In this document: positions 59,746-64,000 of the stretch, piece after piece
How the letters are laid out: the number at the start of each line of letters is the position of its first letter
Numbering within the stretch: the stretch's first letter is position 1
Source: Gemmatimonadota bacterium
Lineage (GTDB): Bacteria > JBHIER01 > G020348925
Reading direction: 5' to 3'
Assembly (NCBI GenBank): GCA_020348925.1
Contig: CP070758.1
Coordinates: 2,183,688-2,247,687, forward strand
DNA length: 64,000 nucleotides
Notes under the pieces: model-generated
Told to the model about the DNA's origin: nothing
Database searches by the model: none
What the model saw: the letters and a program-made list of their open reading frames with translations, nothing else
Translations under genes and position numbers: made by a program

Positions 59746-60153
59746 GGCCAAAGCAGACCGTAAGCCGAGTTCTGTATGTGATGACCATCTATCTCGTTCT
59801 GACGTTGCCGTCAGAATCAAGCGACCGACCCGAGAGTTGTGGCCTAACGGGCCGTTAGGCTTCGTCGAAAATACTTTCGGCGAATCCTCTCCTATTTGGT
59901 CTTGCACCGAGTGGGGTTTACCAAGCTCCCGATGTCACCAGCGGGACTGGTGAGCTCTTACCTCACCTTTTCACCCTTACCCCGTGAGATGGTGATGTCA
60001 CCTCTCCCCTGGGGCGGTTTCCTTTCTGTGGCACTTTCCTTATCCCGACCAACCGAGACACTCTGTGTTACGGAGCACCCTGCCCTGCGGTGTTCGGACT
60101 TTCCTCCCTTCCAATCTCAATGGCCATCGAGATTGGAAGAGCGATCATCTGTT
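59746..60153 (-). ncRNA. rnpB: RNase P RNA, bacterial type A
   Basis: Minus-strand sequence contains GGGAGGAAAGTCCGAACACCGCAGGGCAGGGTGCTCCGTAACA, ACAGAAAGGAAACCGCC, GTAAGAGCTCACCAG, GGTAAACCCCACTCGGTGCAAGACCAAATAGG and 3' ACAGAACTCGGCTTA. P1 is predicted from GGCCAGAGCAGAAC (5') pairing with GGTCTGCTTTGGCC (3'). The ends are approximate to about +/-10 nt. Confidence 0.75.
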
Positions 60154-60912
60154 CTGCTCTGGCCCCTCCTTTCTGTTTTTTTCATTTCGAAGGGTGTTCA
60201 GAAACCCTTCCTCGTCCCAGATCAAAATGCAGCCACAATTTTCACAGAAAATCAGTTCCTCTTTCCGGCGAATTTCGTTGATGCGCTGTGGAGGCAAGCG
60301 CTCGAAACAACCACCGCAAGCCTCCTTTAGAACAGGCACAACACCCAACCCTCTGTTTCTCTTTCTCACTTTTTCATACGTTCGCAACAATCTGTCCCCA
60401 ATGCCTGCGATCAGCGTCTCTCGTGCACGCTGCTGAACCGTTAATTCTTCCTCGACGGAGGCCAATTCTCCCTTCAATTTTTGTATGGTGCGGGACGCCT
60501 CCTCTTTTTGTTGAGCGAAGGCACCTTCGAATTTTTTCATCTGGTCAGAGACATCGTCAAGAGCTGTCATGTGCTCCAATATCTGCCCCTCGAATTCTTC
60601 AATCTTCGTCTTCTGTGCCTCAATTTCTTTGAGCAGCGCCTGATACTCTTTATTTGTCTTTACCTCGAATAAACGTTTCTGATGCTTGTCAAGTTCAAAA
60701 TTTACATTCTGCAGTTCCCGCTCGAAATGTCGCTGCTCCTTCTCCAGCTCGTTTCGCTCTTCCTGTCTCACTTTCAAATCCTGTTCAGCCGACGCCACCT
60801 CACTTTCGAGTATGGTCATTTGGTCAGGATATTTCTCCTTCCGCCTCGTTAATGAATCGATGGTGCTATCAATACGCTGCAATCGGACCAGCATATCCAG
60901 ATTTTGATCCAT
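60145..60912 (-). CDS. Zinc-ribbon coiled-coil protein (DUF164 / COG1579-like)
   Basis: Long heptad-rich coiled coil, then a C-terminal CGGC...CENCGC zinc ribbon. Confidence 0.65.
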   Translation of the reverse strand: MDQNLDMLVRLQRIDSTIDSLTRRKEKYPDQMTILESEVASAEQDLKVRQEERNELEKEQRHFERELQNVNFELDKHQKRLFEVKTNKEYQALLKEIEAQKTKIEEFEGQILEHMTALDDVSDQMKKFEGAFAQQKEEASRTIQKLKGELASVEEELTVQQRARETLIAGIGDRLLRTYEKVRKRNRGLGVVPVLKEACGGCFERLPPQRINEIRRKEELIFCENCGCILIWDEEGFLNTLRNEKNRKEGPEQNR

Positions 60913-60943
60913 TGGTAAAACTCCGTTTTCTCAAGAGAAATAA

Positions 60944-60974
60944 AAAAGTGCACCTTTTAAGAAGGTGCACTTTT
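60944..60974 (-). terminator. Rho-independent terminator hairpin (AAGTGCACCTT-TTAAG-AAGGTGCACTT) with a U-run on the minus-strand side; downstream of tRNA-Val
   Basis: Perfect 11-bp stem read directly. On the minus strand it is followed by UUUUUUAUUUCUC. Confidence 0.5.
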
Positions 60975-61138
60975 CACTGGCGTGTCTTGAATTCACCGCG
61001 AACAATTCTATGTCTCTTCTATTAAGTAATCGAAAGGCTGTCATAAGACTCCTTTGATTCCCTGGGAAGGCTGTCTTGTATACTATTGGCGTTCACCCGC
61101 AGTACCTTCCATGAATACGACTCTGTAACACACGACAA

Positions 61139-61215
61139 TGGTGGGCGATACTGGATTCGAACCAGTGATCTCTGCGATGTGAGCGCAGCGCTCTAACCAA
61201 CTGAGCCAATCGCCC
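61139..61215 (-). tRNA. tRNA-Val (anticodon CAC), with encoded CCA
   Basis: Minus strand reads GGGCGATTGGCTCAGTTGGTTAGAGCGCTGCGCTCACATCGCAGAGATCACTGGTTCGAATCCAGTATCGCCCACCA. Acceptor stem 7 bp, anticodon loop CUCACAU, T-loop GGTTCGAATCC. Confidence 0.85.
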
Positions 61216-61602
61216 TTACCTTATTAAAATCAACAAGTAAAGTGTGAATTTCTCTCCGAGAATGGCCCCCTATCCATCCCCATGAACTACCATGCAATCC
61301 CATTCTCGCCGGCATTCTGTATCCCCTTACTTGAACCTTAAAATATAATTTCGCTTCCAAAATTTGTCAAGAATAAATTTTCTCAGTCAACGCCAGGCTC
61401 ACTGAGAAAAAAACCGATGATCGTCGACTTTCCTCATATTCAGCAAAAGGACCGAATGAAAGAGCCCTTCACACTCCGGATTGCAACAATTCATCAAGTT
61501 TTTTTGACCGTTCATTCTTTTTGAAGCAACTTTCCTTCATTCGAATACGTCGTAAGGGATACGAGGACTTCTGATAGGGGACATATCGAAAGGAGGTGAG
61601 CA

Positions 61603-62001
61603 ATGATGTTTTATTCAGCTCAAAAGGCCCGCACGGTCGTTATCGCACTAGTGTCGGTCTGCATCCTTCTCGGCATGTTTTCCCTTTCGTATGCCGATGC
61701 CAAAAACGCTGATCTGATCGAAATGCTCAGTAGTGAAAACAGGGGATGGCGATACAGCGCTGCCCAGCTCTTGGGAGAGCGTAAAGTGGCAGAAGCTGTG
61801 GAGCCGCTGATCGAACGGTTGAAAGTGGAAAAAGACTCTTCGCTGCGGCTCGTTGTGCTGCAGGCTCTTCACAAAATCGGGGATCCGAAAGCCATCCCGG
61901 CATTAAAGAAGGTTGCGAATTCGGATCGAAACAGAACCGTAAGACACATGGCGGCTGTGCTTGCGACGAACATGGAGAAATATGCTTATGCTCCACAGTA
62001 G
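61603..62001 (+). CDS. HEAT-repeat (PBS-lyase-like) protein with an N-terminal signal/anchor
   Basis: Repeated ...AAQLLGE...EAVEPLIERL...LVVLQALHKIGDPKAIPAL... units. Confidence 0.55.
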   Translation: MMFYSAQKARTVVIALVSVCILLGMFSLSYADAKNADLIEMLSSENRGWRYSAAQLLGERKVAEAVEPLIERLKVEKDSSLRLVVLQALHKIGDPKAIPALKKVANSDRNRTVRHMAAVLATNMEKYAYAPQ

Positions 62002-62050
62002 GTGATTCTTCCATCATGAACAATCTGCAATGGCCTACCCCCCATTGAGA

Positions 62051-62099
62051 AAAAACGCCTTTCCCTTTTTCCAGAGCCAATAAAGGAAAGGCGTTTTTT
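62051..62099 (+). terminator. Rho-independent terminator (AAAACGCCTTTCC...GGAAAGGCGTTTTTTC)
   Basis: 13-bp stem, then a T6 run immediately after the HEAT-repeat gene stop. Confidence 0.6.
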
Positions 62100-62165
62100 C
62101 TACCACATGCCTATCTTGAATACACCCTGTTTCTATGGTAATACTTTAAAAAAGTGTTGCCATTT

Positions 62166-62200
62166 GGTGTGCAGCGCACTATATTAGTGTGCAACGCACA
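62166..62200 (+). promoter_or_regulatory. Tandem imperfect palindromes GTGTGCAGCGCAC and GTGTGCAACGCAC flanking TATATTAGT. This is a candidate operator and -10 region for the PhaR-like gene.
   Basis: Read directly. It lies 16 bp upstream of the AAGGAGG RBS and ATG at 62216. Confidence 0.4.
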
Positions 62201-62215
62201 AAAGGAGGTGTATCT

Positions 62216-62788
62216 ATGACACGTATCATCAAACGGTACGTCAACAGAAGGCTCTACGATACGGAGCAGAAGAAGCAGATCACGCTTCAGGATCTGGCGG
62301 AACTGGTCAAGGACGACGTCGAGATTCAGGTGATCGACAACAAGACGGGTGAGGACATTACAGCCGATATGTTGGTACAAGTCGTCCGGCGCGAGTCAAA
62401 GGGTTGGAAAGATGCGGTCGGCTCCACCAAGGTTTTAGCCGATATGGTAAAGAAAGGAGGGGGTACGATGGCTGATGTTCTCCGAAAGGGTCTCCTGGCA
62501 AGTATCGGGGTCTTCTCCCTGACCAAAGAGCGAGCGGAGGAACTGGTCGACGAACTGGTCAAGCGGGGGGAAGTCTCAAAGGAGGAGAAAGCTAAGGTGG
62601 TCAAAGAACTCGTCGATAAGGCCGAAGCGAGATCGAAGGAATTGGCCAAAAAGATCGATGTTCAGGTCAAAAATACTATGGCCAAAATGAAAACGACAAA
62701 AGACGAGGAGATTCAATCTCTTAAAGAGAAAATCGATCACCTCACTGCTCAGGTGGAGACACTCCAAAAAAAGATGAAAACAAAATAG
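62216..62788 (+). CDS. PhaR-like polyhydroxyalkanoate-synthesis regulator fused or related to a phasin-like coiled-coil C-terminus
   Basis: N-terminal IIKRYVNRRLYDTEQKKQITLQDLAELVK...IDNKTGEDITADMLVQVV matches the PhaR DNA-binding signature. The C-terminal half is a Lys/Glu-rich coiled coil. Confidence 0.6.
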   Translation: MTRIIKRYVNRRLYDTEQKKQITLQDLAELVKDDVEIQVIDNKTGEDITADMLVQVVRRESKGWKDAVGSTKVLADMVKKGGGTMADVLRKGLLASIGVFSLTKERAEELVDELVKRGEVSKEEKAKVVKELVDKAEARSKELAKKIDVQVKNTMAKMKTTKDEEIQSLKEKIDHLTAQVETLQKKMKTK

Positions 62789-62876
62789 ACTCTTTCGGCC
62801 TGTCCGTCGGAAGCTCTATGATTGGGCTGCAGGCCGATTGAGAAAAAGAGGAGTCTCTGGTCTGAGCCCCTTCTCA

Positions 62877-63380
62877 TCAAGGCCGTATTGTAATTTTTCC
62901 CGATCCCGATGAGACAGGGATCGTCTGTGCGTCTTGAGTGGCCAGCATGGCTTTTGTTAGGTCAAGGCTGATCGTCCCGGATGCGTTTTGAGCCACATTT
63001 ACCGGCAGCATGAGAATCGGACCGCTCCCCGGAGAGATGGTTTTGCCACTCATATCATACAACATGAGCAGCAACTCTCTCTCCTTTATATTGTGCATGA
63101 CCATCATGTCGGCTGTGCGGCTTGTCGTCCTCGGAGCATCAACGGTCACAGCATTAGAATCGAATTGAATATTTAACTGAACCCCTGCTATGTCAACATG
63201 ACTTTCCAAGGAGATGGGCACTTCGACGTTTCCCCCTGGTCTGGCCACAACACTTCCAACAGTAATAGCAGAGTCCTTCGTCCCGACGTTTTCCTCAACT
63301 TCGGATTTCGACCCACAATTTGCCAAGACAGCAACTGCCGTAATGAACACCGCAACATACAATGGAGATATTTTTTTCAT
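62877..63380 (-). CDS. Lipoprotein with a cohesin-like beta-sandwich domain (likely start MKKISPLYVAVF..., lipobox LANC)
   Basis: GGAGGG RBS, then ATG at 63380. ...ITVGSVVARPGGNVEVPISLESHVDIAGVQLNIQFDSNAVTV... resembles a cohesin domain. Confidence 0.5.
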   Translation of the reverse strand: MKKISPLYVAVFITAVAVLANCGSKSEVEENVGTKDSAITVGSVVARPGGNVEVPISLESHVDIAGVQLNIQFDSNAVTVDAPRTTSRTADMMVMHNIKERELLLMLYDMSGKTISPGSGPILMLPVNVAQNASGTISLDLTKAMLATQDAQTIPVSSGSGKITIRP

Positions 63381-63498
63381 AGAACCCTCCCTGTTTTGAA
63401 TGTGGATCCGATCAATCACGCTCATGACCGGTACAAACTTAGCTGATAGGCGAATGAATGTCAAGCAATTTCTCACAATCCAGAACTGTCAGGTGAAA

Positions 63499-64000
63499 TC
63501 ATTCCGACCGTATCATCGTCCTTATACTCGTCCGCTCACCATTCGTCCGTATGATAATTGCCCCGTCTTCATCAGTCCGATATATTCGAGCTCCACACTG
63601 CTCGTATCGTCGTACCACTGCATCCGCCGGGTGCCCGAAGCGGTTGCCCTCTGAAACTGAGATGACGGCCACACACGGCTGAATCGCTTCAACCAACCTT
63701 CGTGAGCTTCCTGTAATACTCCCCTGATGAGGCACCTTGACGACGGTTGCTTTCAGAAAACCCTTCCGTTTCAAAAGCGCCCGATCCGCTTCGGCTTCGA
63801 CATCCCCCAAAAAGAGAAAACTCACCCTCCCGTAATCCAATCGCGCTGTTATGGATCCATTGTTGAGACCATACGGGGCCCATCCGTCAGGTGAGACGAA
63901 TGAATCAGTCGGATGAAGAATCATGATTCGCAGGGGATGAAACTCATCAATCCTATCCCCAGCCCTCATGATTCGCCTCGGGATTCCCCTCTCCTCAATC
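63499..64000 (-). CDS. ComEC/Rec2-like competence protein, C-terminal MBL-fold region. It is 5'-partial: the ORF stays open upstream to the window edge.
   Basis: ...VKVPHQGSITGSS...AVISVSEGNRFGHP...RTDEDGAIIIRT matches the ComEC C-terminus. There is no stop between 63970 and 64000 in frame. Confidence 0.5.
   Translation of the reverse strand, partial: IEERGIPRRIMRAGDRIDEFHPLRIMILHPTDSFVSPDGWAPYGLNNGSITARLDYGRVSFLFLGDVEAEADRALLKRKGFLKATVVKVPHQGSITGSSRRLVEAIQPCVAVISVSEGNRFGHPADAVVRRYEQCGARIYRTDEDGAIIIRTNGERTSIRTMIRSE

Noticed and set aside
59896-60436. Plus-strand ORFs 59896-60330, 60065-60436 and 60090-60281
   Set aside because: They overlap the RNase P RNA gene and the antisense of the zinc-ribbon gene, and carry no protein motifs.

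Overview
This 64-kb window appears to come from an anaerobic, T9SS-bearing member of the FCB (Bacteroidota-related) superphylum, probably a candidate-phylum MAG. The basis is several type-A T9SS C-terminal sorting domains (NYPNPFNP...VYFYRL...KMxLLK) and two PorV/PorQ-family genes. GC is roughly mid-50s % by eye. Nearly every gene from 1 to 61.2 kb is on the minus strand; a lower-GC plus-strand islet at 13.6-17.1 kb is the main exception.

Left half (1-35.9 kb) is a cell-surface/accessory region:
- Two paralogous three-gene cassettes: a SusC-like TonB-dependent receptor (TBDR), then a large FN3 + DxDxDG-loop secreted protein with a T9SS-like CTD, then a PorV/PorQ-family outer-membrane barrel. 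The first cassette is headed by a LacI-family regulator with a perfect lac-like 18-bp operator, and its TBDR carries an in-frame TAA.
- dapA.
- An AT-rich, repeat-rich non-coding zone with REP-like elements and an ORF-less sigma70-like promoter.
- A small islet encoding an exosortase-like membrane protein next to a Cys-rich protein whose C-terminus looks like an IPTL-type CTERM sorting signal.
- A run of T9SS cargo genes, including a 1476-aa S8 subtilase.

Right half (36.5-58 kb) is acyl-CoA metabolism:
- A bamA/oah-like ring-cleaving hydrolase carrying the QYNSYTT and QEIGMA motifs.
- Three thiolases, two acyl-CoA dehydrogenases, crotonases, an SDR, BCAT, and methylcrotonyl-CoA carboxylase (biotin carboxylase and BCCP as separate genes, plus the beta subunit).
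- An archaeal-type HMG-CoA synthase / SCP-x-type thiolase / DUF35 trio, and Thi4.

The right end holds recJ, RNase P RNA (rnpB, read directly from the sequence), a zinc-ribbon coiled-coil gene, tRNA-Val(CAC), a HEAT-repeat gene, a PhaR/phasin-like gene preceded by tandem palindromic operator-like repeats, a cohesin-like lipoprotein and a 5'-partial ComEC-like gene.

No CRISPR array, integrase or transposase was seen.
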